A DNA stretch of 64,000 nucleotides from Spirochaetaceae bacterium (lineage in GTDB: Bacteria > Spirochaetota > Spirochaetia > DSM-27196 > SKKC01), in the NCBI GenBank assembly GCA_007694005.1, contig RECN01000071.1:189-64188 (forward strand). The letters run 5' to 3'. The position numbers and the translations under genes were made by a program. Under the pieces are notes generated by a model. That model worked only from the letters and a program-made list of their open reading frames with translations, ran no database searches and was not told the DNA's origin. Below, in pieces: positions 1 through 11,640 of the stretch (positions within the stretch are counted from its first letter, which is position 1; each line of letters starts with the position of its first letter).

Positions 1-342
1 CGGTTCGTAACGAACCGGGCAGATATCGACCACGATAAGCGACCGAACGAGTTCGGGGTAATCGATGGCGAGGGCCATGGCGACCTTGCCGCCCATACTG
101 TGCCCGATCAGATGTACCGGCTCGCGTTCGCCGAGAAACGCCGCAGTTTCGGACGCCATGACCGGATACTGCATCGACGTCCCGTGAGGCGAATCGCCGT
201 GATTCGGCATATCCGGCAGAATTACGTGAAAATCCCGACTGAGCTCGCGAGCCGGTCTAAGCCAGTTGTCTCCGGATCCGAAAAGCCCGTGCAGGATGAC
301 CAGGGTGTCACCGCTGCCGAGCTCCTGATAATGAAGCGTCAC
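1..342 (-). CDS. alpha/beta-hydrolase (YbfF-like esterase), 3' end runs off the window
   Basis: Hand translation, not in the ORF track: MTLHYQELGSGDTLVILHGLFGSGDNW...GHSMGGKVAM...VVDICPV. It has HGLFG and GxSxG motifs and a GAGG RBS before the GTG. Confidence 0.85.
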   Translation of the reverse strand, partial: MTLHYQELGSGDTLVILHGLFGSGDNWLRPARELSRDFHVILPDMPNHGDSPHGTSMQYPVMASETAAFLGEREPVHLIGHSMGGKVAMALAIDYPELVRSLIVVDICPVRYEP

Positions 343-371
343 CTGGAACCTCGTTTCTGACCATCAGGCGA

Positions 372-1460
372 TCAGTGTTTCCTCCGCTTACGCGATCGGG
401 TCTCACCCGGTCGTACAGCCTGCGCGGCCTGCTTCTGCCGGCGAATTTCCTCTTTAAGCGCTTCTGTCTCGGCAGCGTCGACGATCACTTTCTCGCGGCC
501 ACGGTCAGCACCACCGTCTGATGATGCGACTGACTGCTTACCGGAAGCATCGGAGCTGACTTTCGAGTGGCTGCGTTTCTGCAGCGCAAGAAGCGCCGGC
601 GATGCAACGCCGATCGACGAATAGGTACCGACTACGACTCCGACCATGAGGGCAAGCGCGAAGTCCTGAATGGTTCCCGTCGCAAACACAAAGATAGCGA
701 GAACGGCAAGCAGCGTGGTAACCGATGTGATCAGCGTTCGTGTCAGGCTCTGGGTGATACTCGTGTTGATGACGTGCACGAAACGGGTCCCACGCATCAG
801 CGTTTCGTTCTCCCGTATTCGGTCAAAAATAACGATCGTATCGTTCAGGGAGTACCCGACGACCGTTAATACCGCCGCTACGGTCGCCGTGGAGACCTCG
901 ATCTGGAATGCACCGATGAATCCGAGCAGGACAACAACGTCGTGGATAATGGGAAGAATCGAACTGATCGCGTACGCAAAACGGAACCGTATCCAGACAT
1001 ACGTGAGAATCAGAAGAAACGCGACCGTGGTGAGCCAGAAAGCCTGCTGGGCGAGAGTCGCGGAGAACTGCGGTCCGACCAGGGCCGATTCTTCTTCGAT
1101 AATCGCGTTCGATCCGAATCGTTCCCTAAGCACATCGAGAAGATCGTTCTGTACCGTCGCCGTGAAGTCCGCGTCGGTACCGTCATCGATCACACGGATA
1201 CTGAAGCGTTGTTCTCCTTCGGTTCCGACTGACTGCACAGCTACCCCGTCTATTCCGCTCAGTGCCGAACGAACGTCCTGGAGTGTGGCCGAAGAAACGG
1301 ATGGATCAATCGCGACCTGCTGCCGGAGCCCTGCCTGAAAATCCACACCAAGATTAAAACCGCCCTGAGCGACCGTGCCGGCGATACCGGCGACGATCAC
1401 GAGCGCCGACACGATCAGAAAGATGAATCGTGCCTTCAGAAAATCGATTGTTCGAGTCAT
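372..1460 (-). CDS. secF: protein translocase subunit SecF
   Basis: GVDFQAG and GYSLNDTIVIFDRIRE motifs, multiple TM helices; ATGA overlap with secD. Confidence 0.95.
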   Translation of the reverse strand: MTRTIDFLKARFIFLIVSALVIVAGIAGTVAQGGFNLGVDFQAGLRQQVAIDPSVSSATLQDVRSALSGIDGVAVQSVGTEGEQRFSIRVIDDGTDADFTATVQNDLLDVLRERFGSNAIIEEESALVGPQFSATLAQQAFWLTTVAFLLILTYVWIRFRFAYAISSILPIIHDVVVLLGFIGAFQIEVSTATVAAVLTVVGYSLNDTIVIFDRIRENETLMRGTRFVHVINTSITQSLTRTLITSVTTLLAVLAIFVFATGTIQDFALALMVGVVVGTYSSIGVASPALLALQKRSHSKVSSDASGKQSVASSDGGADRGREKVIVDAAETEALKEEIRRQKQAAQAVRPGETRSRKRRKH

Positions 1461-3190
1461 TTGATACCCCATCCGATGCTCAGCTTCGACCGTCCGAGAA
1501 CATCCGTTGCAAAATCATACGCAAGCCTCGAGACGAACAGTGCCGTAAACATTGAGCTGACAATACCGACGGCCAGTGTGACGGCGAACCCCTGTATGGG
1601 TCCCGTACCAAGCTGACTCAAGAATATTGCCGCAATAAAGGTCGTCACGTTCGCGTCGAGAACGGAAGACAGTGCTTTCCCGAAACCCGCTGCCACGCTC
1701 GCCTTGGCGCTTTTACCGAGCCGGTATTCCTCTTTAATTCGTTCAAACACGATGACATTGGCGTCGACCGCCATACCGACCGTCAGGATAATACCTGCAA
1801 TGCTGGTCAGCGTAAGCGTCAGGTTGAAGACCGACAGTATTGCCATGATGAAAAACAGATTCAGGAGCAGTATCAGATCCGCCAGAAGTCCTGCACCTTT
1901 GTAATACAGGGCCATGAAGAGCACGACCAGACTGAAACCGAGAATGATCGCCTGTAACCCTGACTGAATCGCATCCTCGCCGAGGGACGCCCCGACGACC
2001 TGCTGATTCTGAACGCGCAGGTCGATAGGAAGCGCTGCGGTACGAAGCACTCGTGCCAGATCGTTCGCCTCGTCGAAGTTGAATCCACCGTCGATACGAA
2101 CCTGGCCAGTCGGAATTTCTTCGCGGATATTCGCGTAGGCTCTCACGTTCCTGTCCATGACAATCGCCATGGAGTTACCGACGTTGTCGCGTGTCAGCCG
2201 GCGAAACAGGTTCGCTCCCTGACCGTCAAGAACAAAGTTTACCACCGGTTGCTGTGTGATCTGATCACGACCAACCTGCGCCTCGGAAATGTAGGCCCCG
2301 TCAAGCCCGAACTCTTCCAGATCGTCGTAAATCGCGATGTAGCGCACAAACTGGTCAAGCCCGTACTGATCGCGCTGGACGTAAGGGCGCACGACGGTTC
2401 CGGCGGGAATAAAGTCCGGAAGCGAGTCCCGCTCCGGATTCCAACCCGGGTTCTGACGCTGCCACGCGATGAGTTCCTCAGTGGCATCGTCGTTCACGAT
2501 GTGAAAGTTGAGGGAGCCCCGCCCCTGAAGGAAGGACTCTACCCTTCCCCGGTCATCGTCGCCGGGGATCTCGATGTTGATGAGATTTCCTTCCTGCCGC
2601 CTGATCTGCGGTTCGGTAACACCAAACTGGTCGATGCGGTTCCGGAGTATCTCGATGGCAAGGTCGACTGCATCGTCAAGCTCGTCATCGGTCGGCGTAC
2701 GGCCGAGTCGCTCCGCGAGACTATCAGCGTCGGCACTCAGCGTCACACTGACACCGCCCGAAAGATCAAGACCAAGCTCGATAATCCTGTTTCGCATCGA
2801 TCTGAGACGCTGCACGTAGTCCCGGTGGTACGATTCGATCGCCTCAAACGCACGCGCCTCGGAGGTGAAGCTCGCAAGCGCTTCCCGTGCGGTCCAGCGA
2901 TCCGGCTGATCCGCCCCCAGAGCGCGTCGATTGGCCCGGGCAAGCTCGATGACGTACTCGTACTGCGCGGGAACATCGGCGTCTGCGTCCGATCGGACCG
3001 CTTCCGCGAGACCCTGCAGCGCCGCACGTGCATTACCTTGTGCATACTGCTGTATCTCTATGCGACTGCTTGCAGCGAGCGTCTGCTCTTCATCGGACAG
3101 AACAAAGTACCACCGGATGGTCGGAGACAAAAAAACTCCGCCAACGACGACGAAGAAGAGAACAATCAAAAATCTAAATCGCTTACTCAT
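1457..3190 (-). CDS. secD: protein translocase subunit SecD
   Basis: LGLDLSGG, RIDQFGVTEP and GMAVDANVIVFERIKEE motifs. Confidence 0.96.
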   Translation of the reverse strand: MSKRFRFLIVLFFVVVGGVFLSPTIRWYFVLSDEEQTLAASSRIEIQQYAQGNARAALQGLAEAVRSDADADVPAQYEYVIELARANRRALGADQPDRWTAREALASFTSEARAFEAIESYHRDYVQRLRSMRNRIIELGLDLSGGVSVTLSADADSLAERLGRTPTDDELDDAVDLAIEILRNRIDQFGVTEPQIRRQEGNLINIEIPGDDDRGRVESFLQGRGSLNFHIVNDDATEELIAWQRQNPGWNPERDSLPDFIPAGTVVRPYVQRDQYGLDQFVRYIAIYDDLEEFGLDGAYISEAQVGRDQITQQPVVNFVLDGQGANLFRRLTRDNVGNSMAIVMDRNVRAYANIREEIPTGQVRIDGGFNFDEANDLARVLRTAALPIDLRVQNQQVVGASLGEDAIQSGLQAIILGFSLVVLFMALYYKGAGLLADLILLLNLFFIMAILSVFNLTLTLTSIAGIILTVGMAVDANVIVFERIKEEYRLGKSAKASVAAGFGKALSSVLDANVTTFIAAIFLSQLGTGPIQGFAVTLAVGIVSSMFTALFVSRLAYDFATDVLGRSKLSIGWGIK

Positions 3191-3284
3191 ACCTAGGTCA
3201 CTCCAGACGAGCGTGAGGAATCAAACAGTTACCGACGGCACCGTGCGGGGCTTTGTCAGAAAACCTGGGGGAACGGGTTCCCGA

Positions 3285-3674
3285 TCAGGCCTCTGAATCG
3301 TCTTCCTGAGGATCCGTTTCTACGTCTTTTTCTTTCGACGCTTTAATCTTGGGCTTCTTCTCGAGCAGGGAGCTGACCGCCGAGCGGGAAAGCTCAAGCT
3401 TGGTCGTGTCATCTACCTTCACGACAACAGTATCGTCCTTGATACTCAGTATCGTACCACGAATACCACCAATGGTAGTAATTCGATCTCCCTTCTTCAG
3501 CGCATCGAGCATTTTCTGCTGCTCTTTCTGCCGCTTGTTCTGCGGACGAATGATCAGTAGATACATGATCAGAAAAACGAGTCCGAAGGTTACAAGGGTG
3601 AACATGAGCTGCCCACCACCGGCTCCTGCAGGGGCTGCCTGCAACACCGGTAAACGTTGCCACATTAATTCCAT
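3285..3674 (-). CDS. yajC: preprotein translocase subunit YajC
   Basis: TM helix followed by IRPQ...LKKGDRITTIGGI; upstream of secD. Confidence 0.95.
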   Translation of the reverse strand: MELMWQRLPVLQAAPAGAGGGQLMFTLVTFGLVFLIMYLLIIRPQNKRQKEQQKMLDALKKGDRITTIGGIRGTILSIKDDTVVVKVDDTTKLELSRSAVSSLLEKKPKIKASKEKDVETDPQEDDSEA

Positions 3675-3749
3675 AGGTGATTATCCTTGATTGGCCAAGA
3701 TTTTAGACACGCTACCATAACGCCTTTTCAGGCGTCAAGTTACGCGACA

Positions 3750-4043
3750 TCAGACGAGCATGACCCTGTTCACGTTATCGGGAACCGTTGTGACACCAAA
3801 CAGTCGTTTCAGCCGATCTACGCTCACCGGACCGAGGCCCGACACTGCTCCGAAACGCTCGCTGAACAACTGCAGCTCTGCCTCATCCCCGCTGTACAAA
3901 GCCGAACAGAAAGCCGCACGATGTAAACCTTCCCTGAACAGCTCATCGGTACCAAGACTGCCATACTGCTTTCGGGCTGTACGATCAACCATGGCAGTGC
4001 TGCCCTGATACCCGATGGTGAACACAAAATCTTCTCGTTTCAT
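3750..4043 (-). CDS. small hypothetical protein (97 aa)
   Basis: ORF MKREDFVFTIGYQG... with AGGTG RBS; fills the gap between the groEL terminator and yajC. Confidence 0.65.
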   Translation of the reverse strand: MKREDFVFTIGYQGSTAMVDRTARKQYGSLGTDELFREGLHRAAFCSALYSGDEAELQLFSERFGAVSGLGPVSVDRLKRLFGVTTVPDNVNRVMLV

Positions 4044-4094
4044 ATCGCACCTGTATAATCGCAGGATACGAACGCTGTGTCGACCTGCGATCCG

Positions 4095-4130
4095 AAAAAA
4101 ACGACGCCCGGCGTCTTGCCGGGCGCGTCG
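4095..4130 (-). terminator. intrinsic terminator of groEL
   Basis: Minus strand CGACGCGCCCGGC-AAGAC-GCCGGGCGTCG followed by T7; a second hairpin lies at 4136-4157. Confidence 0.8.
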
Positions 4131-4186
4131 CATACCCCGTCGTCGTATGACGACGGGCTTATACATCTATCGGTACACGGACGTTT

Positions 4187-5890
<1,704 letters not shown>

Positions 5891-5893
5891 TTA

Positions 5894-5957
5894 ACAGGCA
5901 ACGTAAATTACGTTACCTGTCGTTGTGTAAAATACACGGAAACGCGTCGAGAATCAA
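5894..5957 (-). promoter_or_regulatory. groEL sigma70-type promoter followed by a 27-bp inverted repeat
   Basis: TTGATT(5957-5952)-17 bp-TATTTT(5934-5929), then ACAGGTAACGTA-ATT-TACGTTGCCTGT (5920-5894). Confidence 0.55.
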
Positions 5958-5979
5958 CACGAATTTGCAAAGGTGATGA

Positions 5980-7092
5980 TCAAAGTAATCCGGACGATTC
6001 AGCGGGCAGATGCACGGTAAAGGTCGTCCCTGTACCGGGAACGGTTTCGACGTCTATTCTGCCCGCATTCCGCTCGACGTATTCGGCCACAAGCACAAGC
6101 CCGAGCCCGGTACCACTCTCTCCTCCCGTTCCTTTACGCTGAACCTTGCGATCGGACCGAAACAGGTAGGGCAGATCTTCTTCAGACACCCAGACGCCGG
6201 TATCCGCGACCGCGACACACACGCTGTCGCCTTCACGGCGGGAGGCTACCGAAACCGCACCTCCCGGCGGAGTGAACTTAACCGCGTTGTTGATCAGATT
6301 GCGAAACGCGCTTGAGATCATGTCCACGTCCGCGCGGGCGACGTGTGAGGGATGGACATCGCAGGTGAGCGTCACGCCTTTCTGCTCGGCAGCGGAGCTG
6401 AACAGATCGACGGCGGTTTCCACCACGCTGTGCAGATGCACAGGGGCGGGACGCGGCATCAGGAGCTGCTGCTGCAGCATGGCCCACTTCAGGAGGTTTT
6501 CGAGAAGGGCGACGCCGCGGCCGGCGCTGCGATGCAACTCTGAGGCGATTTTCCTGAGTGTTTCGATATCGAGCTCCTCGGCACTTTCCTCGAGCAGACG
6601 CGAAGCCCCGAGAAAGCCGGTGAACGGCCCTCGTAGATCGTGGGCGATTATGGAAAAGAACCGGTCTTTCGTCGCATTCAGCTCTGCAAGCATTTCGCGC
6701 TGCTTCTTGATCGTGAGATGCGCTTCGACCCGGGCGAGAACCTCATCCTGCTGGAAAGGTTTGGTAATGTAGTCAACGCCTCCGGCTCTGAACCCCTCGA
6801 TCTTGTCCTCGGTGGACGCAAGGGCGCTGATGAAAATCACCGGTACATCACGGGTTACCGGGTTCTCCTTGAGCCGACGGCAGATCTCAAAGCCGCTTAT
6901 GTCAGGGAGCATTACGTCGAGAAGGATCAGATCCGGGGTCTCATCTTCGACCAGAGGGATGACGGCCTTACCGTCCTGAGCGACAAGGACACGATAGCCC
7001 TTCCGATCGAGGTGATTGTAGAGCACGCCAAGGTTCGCCGAGTTATCGTCGACAATGAGCAAGCGCGCCGCTGCGCGATCTTCACGTTTCAT
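5980..7092 (-). CDS. hybrid response regulator/histidine kinase (REC-HisKA-HATPase)
   Basis: LIVDD...LLDVMLP...ITKPF receiver; IAHDLRGP H-box; NNAVKF N-box; GTGLGL G2 box. Confidence 0.92.
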   Translation of the reverse strand: MKREDRAAARLLIVDDNSANLGVLYNHLDRKGYRVLVAQDGKAVIPLVEDETPDLILLDVMLPDISGFEICRRLKENPVTRDVPVIFISALASTEDKIEGFRAGGVDYITKPFQQDEVLARVEAHLTIKKQREMLAELNATKDRFFSIIAHDLRGPFTGFLGASRLLEESAEELDIETLRKIASELHRSAGRGVALLENLLKWAMLQQQLLMPRPAPVHLHSVVETAVDLFSSAAEQKGVTLTCDVHPSHVARADVDMISSAFRNLINNAVKFTPPGGAVSVASRREGDSVCVAVADTGVWVSEEDLPYLFRSDRKVQRKGTGGESGTGLGLVLVAEYVERNAGRIDVETVPGTGTTFTVHLPAESSGLL

Positions 7093-10000
7093 CTGATGCC
7101 TCCGGCAGCCGCTCTTCGATTGCCTTCAGTTTGAATCCGCGGGCGAGGCTCGTTAACGTTTCACAATACGGTGCGTACATCGGTTTCGACCCGGCAAGCG
7201 CTTCGCATGCACCGATCACCTCGCGGATATCGCCGCGCCGAAGCGCGTGGGCAATGTCGGAGACCTCGTCCGGGCGTGGTACAGGGTCAGGTCCGTTTCG
7301 TTCAGCTTCACTCGAATCGTGGTCGGTGTTGTAGACGAATACGATGCTGAGGGTTTCGGCGATCAGACGCAGAACGCGATCCTTGTCGAGAGGGTGATCG
7401 AGGAAACCGGAGAAACCCACGCGAAGACACTCGTCGCGCAGCTGTGAGGACACGCTGCCGGAGCTGGCGATGGCCGGAATGTCTTTGAGCAGTTCGTTGT
7501 CCCGCAGCGAGAGGTAGGCTTCAAACCCGTTACCCCCGGGCATGACAACATCAATAATAATGAGATCAGGACGCCGGTCCTTCGCACACTCCACGAGCTC
7601 ACCACCGTCTATCGCCTCGTCAACCGTGAAACCGAGAGGAACCAGAAGATCGGTCAACAGCCTCCGGTTCGCCTCGACATCGTCCACGACCAGAATGTGC
7701 TTCGCATTGCCAATGTATCCGGTGACATGAGCAAACGAAAGCCCGTGGTCGTCTCCATTGTTTCGACCGGACTGTGCATCCGCCTGCTCTTCGATCGCTC
7801 CCGGAAACGCCCGAAGGGGAAAGGCAACGTAAAACGTCGTTCCGCTGCCAACCGTACTCCGGACCGACACCGTTCCGCCGAGAAAGTCGACGAGGCGTTT
7901 CACGATGGCAAGCCCCAGTCCCGTGCCTTCGCCGTCAATCCGCGGTTTGTCTCCCTGTATGAACGGTGAGAAAATCTCTTCGAGTTCGTGCTCGGGTATA
8001 CCAACACCGGTATCGGTCACCGAGAACACAATGCTCTGCCCGTCAGCCGATTTCTGTGCAGCAACTCTGACCATGCCAGCCGGGGTAAACTTGACCGCGT
8101 TGGAGACAAGATTCGTGAGAATCTGCTGCAGTTTCTTTTCATCAATAACAATGAGTTGTGGTAGCGCAGGGTCAATACCCTGCTCGAGGCGCAGACCTTT
8201 CTGCTGCGCCTGCACACGCACCATAGCCGTGAGCTCTGAGAGCAGACTGTCGACGTCGACCGCCGTATCGTGACGTTCGATGCGCTCAGCCTCAATGCGG
8301 CTGAGATCGAGCACATCATTGAGCAGACCAAGCAGTCGATTACCGCTTGTCTCTATGACACCGACCGCCTCCCGGTATTCAGGGGCAAGGTCTTCATCTC
8401 TCACCAGTAGCTGTGCGTATCCGAGTATCCCGTTGAGCGGCGTTCGCAGATCATGGCTCATGTTCGCAAGAAACCGGCTTTTTGCCTGGTTCGCAGAGTC
8501 GGCATTAAGTCGTGCCGTGACCAGATCGGCGTTGATGGATCGCAACTCGTTGAAACTTGCAGCTATGTGTTCTGAAGCGTCGCGGAAATTATTAATGAGC
8601 ACCTGCACTTCACGTATTCCCGTCCTCGGCCAGGAGACCGGACGCTCCGATTCAAGGATGCGAGCCGGCAGACCGCTTGTTGTCCTGCTGAGCAGCCCGA
8701 GAGATTTCACCATTGCAGTACCGAACACGCGCGAGAGCACGATCGTACCGAAGATCAGTGCAAACACCAGCGTAAGCGACTGTATGGAAAGCTCATTCAG
8801 AGACACCTGGTATGGCGCAAGCGGCGCCGAAAGGACGAGCGTCCAGCCGGCGGCCTCTGAAAGGTCCCGCACCAGCAGGTAGCTGGAACTGTGCCACCGC
8901 TGCACCGCGGCAACATCACGTGCGTAGTCGGGCACGTGCACGAACATAGACGCGTCCATCTCCGTCATGGTCCCGTAGCGCATGTAGCCGAGCGGATCAT
9001 TCGCTTCGGTATCGCGGTTCGTACTCACGAGCACCAGGTCACCCGGTCCTATGATGGTAGCATCCAGCCCCCAGGGTTCGACAATTCCCTCAAGCTGCCG
9101 CCTGATATTATCAAGACGCAGGGTTCCGAAGACGGTGCCCTCCCCCGGCGCATCGCCTCCCCAGGGAACCGCGACGGAGAGGCTTGGGACATCAAGGTGC
9201 TCGTAGACAAGACTGGAAATGCCCAGACCCGTGTCGTCGAAGGAGGCTGTTACGGCGTCCAGATCGTGCGCCGAAAGCACGCGGCTGTTTGAATCGTCCA
9301 CACCAGGATACATGGCCTGAATCCGGTGACTGCTGTCGGCGATCCGCAAGCCGCTCACATCACTGAGCGCATCGCTTCCGAAACGAACAACCTGTGCGAG
9401 CGATTCCGGGCTGTGAGGGTGCTCGCTCCACGACCGGGCAACAGCCCCCAGAGCACGCGATATCCCTTCGATGCGATGATCGACCATGAGTTCAACCGCG
9501 TTTCCTATCGACACGAGGCGATCCTGAACCTCCTGCTCGGTGACCTGTAATGCCAGACGTGACTGAAGGGCAAATACCAGAAGAGCGGGTACGACGACAA
9601 AGCCCGTGATCGTGTACAGGATCGCGTCCCTGATCGAAACCGAGGCACGCTGCCTGCCCTGCATCACGACGTCGGAGGCTGACGGAAGCACTGCGATCAC
9701 GACACCGGCGATCAGCGCGTTCACCACGCCGTTGACGCCCTGCTTCAGCACGACGACCCACATGTTGGCCGGCGAAAGACGGAGAAGAAGCCCGTAGACG
9801 AGCAGGTTTGCGAGGAATCCGAGCGTAAGCCAGTACAGGGTGTCGATCATGAGCACGTTGTCCCCGCGCCTGCGGAGCAGGAAGCCGACGAAAGCCGCCT
9901 CGAGCGTAAAAACGAGGACGGCGTAGGGCTGGTTCCAGAGAGCATAGGTGGGGAGGGCGATGACTGCCGCTGCGATCGTGCCTGGAAGAAAACCAAACAG

Positions 10001-10174
10001 ATACACGATGATCAGCGCGGCTATGCTGCCGAAAATCAGGTCAACGTTGAAAAACAGCTCAACGGTCAGCAGATTTCCGAGAAGACCTGCTCCGACAAGC
10101 AGGATGTAGGTGAGAACTGATTGAAGACGGCTGTTCCACGGATATCGCTGGCCGGCAGCGGGCTGTGAGCTCAC
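7082..10174 (-). CDS. membrane hybrid sensor histidine kinase (multi-TM N-terminus, extracytoplasmic sensor, HisKA-HATPase-REC)
   Basis: SHDLRTPLN, SNAVKF, DTGVG and GTGLGL motifs plus a C-terminal receiver. GTG start at 10174 chosen because a TATATT -10 box lies 7 nt upstream. Confidence 0.9.
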   Translation of the reverse strand: MSSQPAAGQRYPWNSRLQSVLTYILLVGAGLLGNLLTVELFFNVDLIFGSIAALIIVYLFGFLPGTIAAAVIALPTYALWNQPYAVLVFTLEAAFVGFLLRRRGDNVLMIDTLYWLTLGFLANLLVYGLLLRLSPANMWVVVLKQGVNGVVNALIAGVVIAVLPSASDVVMQGRQRASVSIRDAILYTITGFVVVPALLVFALQSRLALQVTEQEVQDRLVSIGNAVELMVDHRIEGISRALGAVARSWSEHPHSPESLAQVVRFGSDALSDVSGLRIADSSHRIQAMYPGVDDSNSRVLSAHDLDAVTASFDDTGLGISSLVYEHLDVPSLSVAVPWGGDAPGEGTVFGTLRLDNIRRQLEGIVEPWGLDATIIGPGDLVLVSTNRDTEANDPLGYMRYGTMTEMDASMFVHVPDYARDVAAVQRWHSSSYLLVRDLSEAAGWTLVLSAPLAPYQVSLNELSIQSLTLVFALIFGTIVLSRVFGTAMVKSLGLLSRTTSGLPARILESERPVSWPRTGIREVQVLINNFRDASEHIAASFNELRSINADLVTARLNADSANQAKSRFLANMSHDLRTPLNGILGYAQLLVRDEDLAPEYREAVGVIETSGNRLLGLLNDVLDLSRIEAERIERHDTAVDVDSLLSELTAMVRVQAQQKGLRLEQGIDPALPQLIVIDEKKLQQILTNLVSNAVKFTPAGMVRVAAQKSADGQSIVFSVTDTGVGIPEHELEEIFSPFIQGDKPRIDGEGTGLGLAIVKRLVDFLGGTVSVRSTVGSGTTFYVAFPLRAFPGAIEEQADAQSGRNNGDDHGLSFAHVTGYIGNAKHILVVDDVEANRRLLTDLLVPLGFTVDEAIDGGELVECAKDRRPDLIIIDVVMPGGNGFEAYLSLRDNELLKDIPAIASSGSVSSQLRDECLRVGFSGFLDHPLDKDRVLRLIAETLSIVFVYNTDHDSSEAERNGPDPVPRPDEVSDIAHALRRGDIREVIGACEALAGSKPMYAPYCETLTSLARGFKLKAIEERLPEASDET

Positions 10175-10232
10175 GTACGGGAATATAACGCCCGAACACG
10201 TACACAGGAAACCCGGCACACAGGTATTTCAC

Positions 10233-11003
10233 TCAGAACGGGCTGCCTTCGAGTCGCCCGGCGTATACGCTCCGCCTGCCCGATTCCGTCTCCACGATGA
10301 GCCCTCCGACCTCATCGACGCCACAGACCCGCGCTTCTGCGGGCAGGGCATCCGGCATCCGGAACATGAAGCGCTTCCCCGCTCCGTAAAGGCATGCGTT
10401 CAGCTCCTCGTGAACCCGCGAGGTCTCTTCATCGACATAGCGCGCTATGTGCTCAAGCAGCAGTTTCAGTTCCGACTCATAGCTGCCGAGCCCCGACGCG
10501 CGGGCTTCGCGGAGGCTGACGGCAGCGCAGCCGGACGGCGAGGCGAACACGTTGACACCGACGCCGACGTGTAGGAGCCCCCCGCGCCATTCGCACAGAA
10601 CCCCGGCGAGCTTGCTGGTGTCCACCATTACATCGTTCGGCCATTTTACCGTCGCCGATACACCGCGGGATGCCGCGTACGCGCGAACGGCCAGCCCGAA
10701 CCTGATCGACGCGAAAGGCCAGTCAGCGGGACGGTCGATGACGACGGTCATGAGAACGGCTGCGTCGTCATCGGTCTCCCAGTGTCGTCCGTGCGTGCCC
10801 CGACCCGCGAGCTGTCTACCCGCAGCTGCCACAAGACCGTGCACCGGAGCCCCGGCTCCGGACCCAAGAAAGCGGCGGAGCACGGTCGGATCGCTGACCA
10901 TGTCCATGGTCGACGATACACGCGGATGGTAGACGACCGGCGCGTCGGACAGGGGATTCCGTATTGAAAGAACTCTGGCTGACTCGTACGTATCGTGATT
11001 CAT
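10233..11003 (-). CDS. birA: biotin-protein ligase without N-terminal HTH
   Basis: QLAGRGTHGRHW, KWPNDV, KLAGVL and GVGVNV motifs. Confidence 0.88.
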   Translation of the reverse strand: MNHDTYESARVLSIRNPLSDAPVVYHPRVSSTMDMVSDPTVLRRFLGSGAGAPVHGLVAAAGRQLAGRGTHGRHWETDDDAAVLMTVVIDRPADWPFASIRFGLAVRAYAASRGVSATVKWPNDVMVDTSKLAGVLCEWRGGLLHVGVGVNVFASPSGCAAVSLREARASGLGSYESELKLLLEHIARYVDEETSRVHEELNACLYGAGKRFMFRMPDALPAEARVCGVDEVGGLIVETESGRRSVYAGRLEGSPF

Positions 11004-11039
11004 GGCGGATGCATCACCCTTCAATAACACAATCGGTAC

Positions 11040-11105
11040 TTGCAAAAAAACCGATTCCAATGTAATTTTATACGATTATCTAAGCATTTATGCGTGTTTC
11101 ATGCA
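11040..11105 (+). promoter_or_regulatory. arg operon promoter with probable ARG boxes
   Basis: TTGCAA(11040-45)-17-TAATTT(11063-68), overlapped by TGTAA-TTTT-ATACG; weaker ATGC half sites follow. Confidence 0.5.
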
Positions 11106-11129
11106 ATGCGTCCGACAGGCAGGTAGTCA

Positions 11130-11600
11130 GTGAGAGAGCGTACACTTCGACTGAAGGCAATTCGACGACTGATCAAGTCCCATCGCATCGACAGCCAGGA
11201 ACGGCTCCTGCAGCACCTCGGCCACGACGGCTTTGTCGTCACTCAGGCTACCCTCTCGCGTGATCTGAAGCTTCTGAAGGTGAGCAAGGTGTCAGAAGGC
11301 GCAGATGGCTACTACTACACGCTGCCGAGCGAGGAACAGGAGCGGGAAGCCCAGCAGAACTACATTCAGGACTTCGTTCGGGGCTACGTCAGCATGGATT
11401 TCAGTGCAAACCTGTGCGTAATTCGAACGCTCACCGGTCACGCGGACAGTCTTGCCCTGGCGCTTGATTCCCTCGGGATCGAAGAGATTCTTGGCACAGT
11501 CGCAGGGGATGACACGGTTCTGGTGGTGTTGCGCGAGAGCGTCGGCGCCACGGGGCTGATCGACGCACTGCGCCGGCACATCCCCGATTTCGAGGAGTAG
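11130..11600 (+). CDS. argR: arginine repressor
   Basis: TQATLSRDL and GTVAGDDT motifs. Confidence 0.95.
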   Translation: MRERTLRLKAIRRLIKSHRIDSQERLLQHLGHDGFVVTQATLSRDLKLLKVSKVSEGADGYYYTLPSEEQEREAQQNYIQDFVRGYVSMDFSANLCVIRTLTGHADSLALALDSLGIEEILGTVAGDDTVLVVLRESVGATGLIDALRRHIPDFEE

Positions 11601-11640
11601 CGAACACGCTTCGAACTCCCCTCACACAGGGTTATCAATC

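Noticed and set aside
100-360. 86-aa plus-strand ORF from the track
   Set aside because: It overlaps a clear minus-strand esterase gene (1-342).
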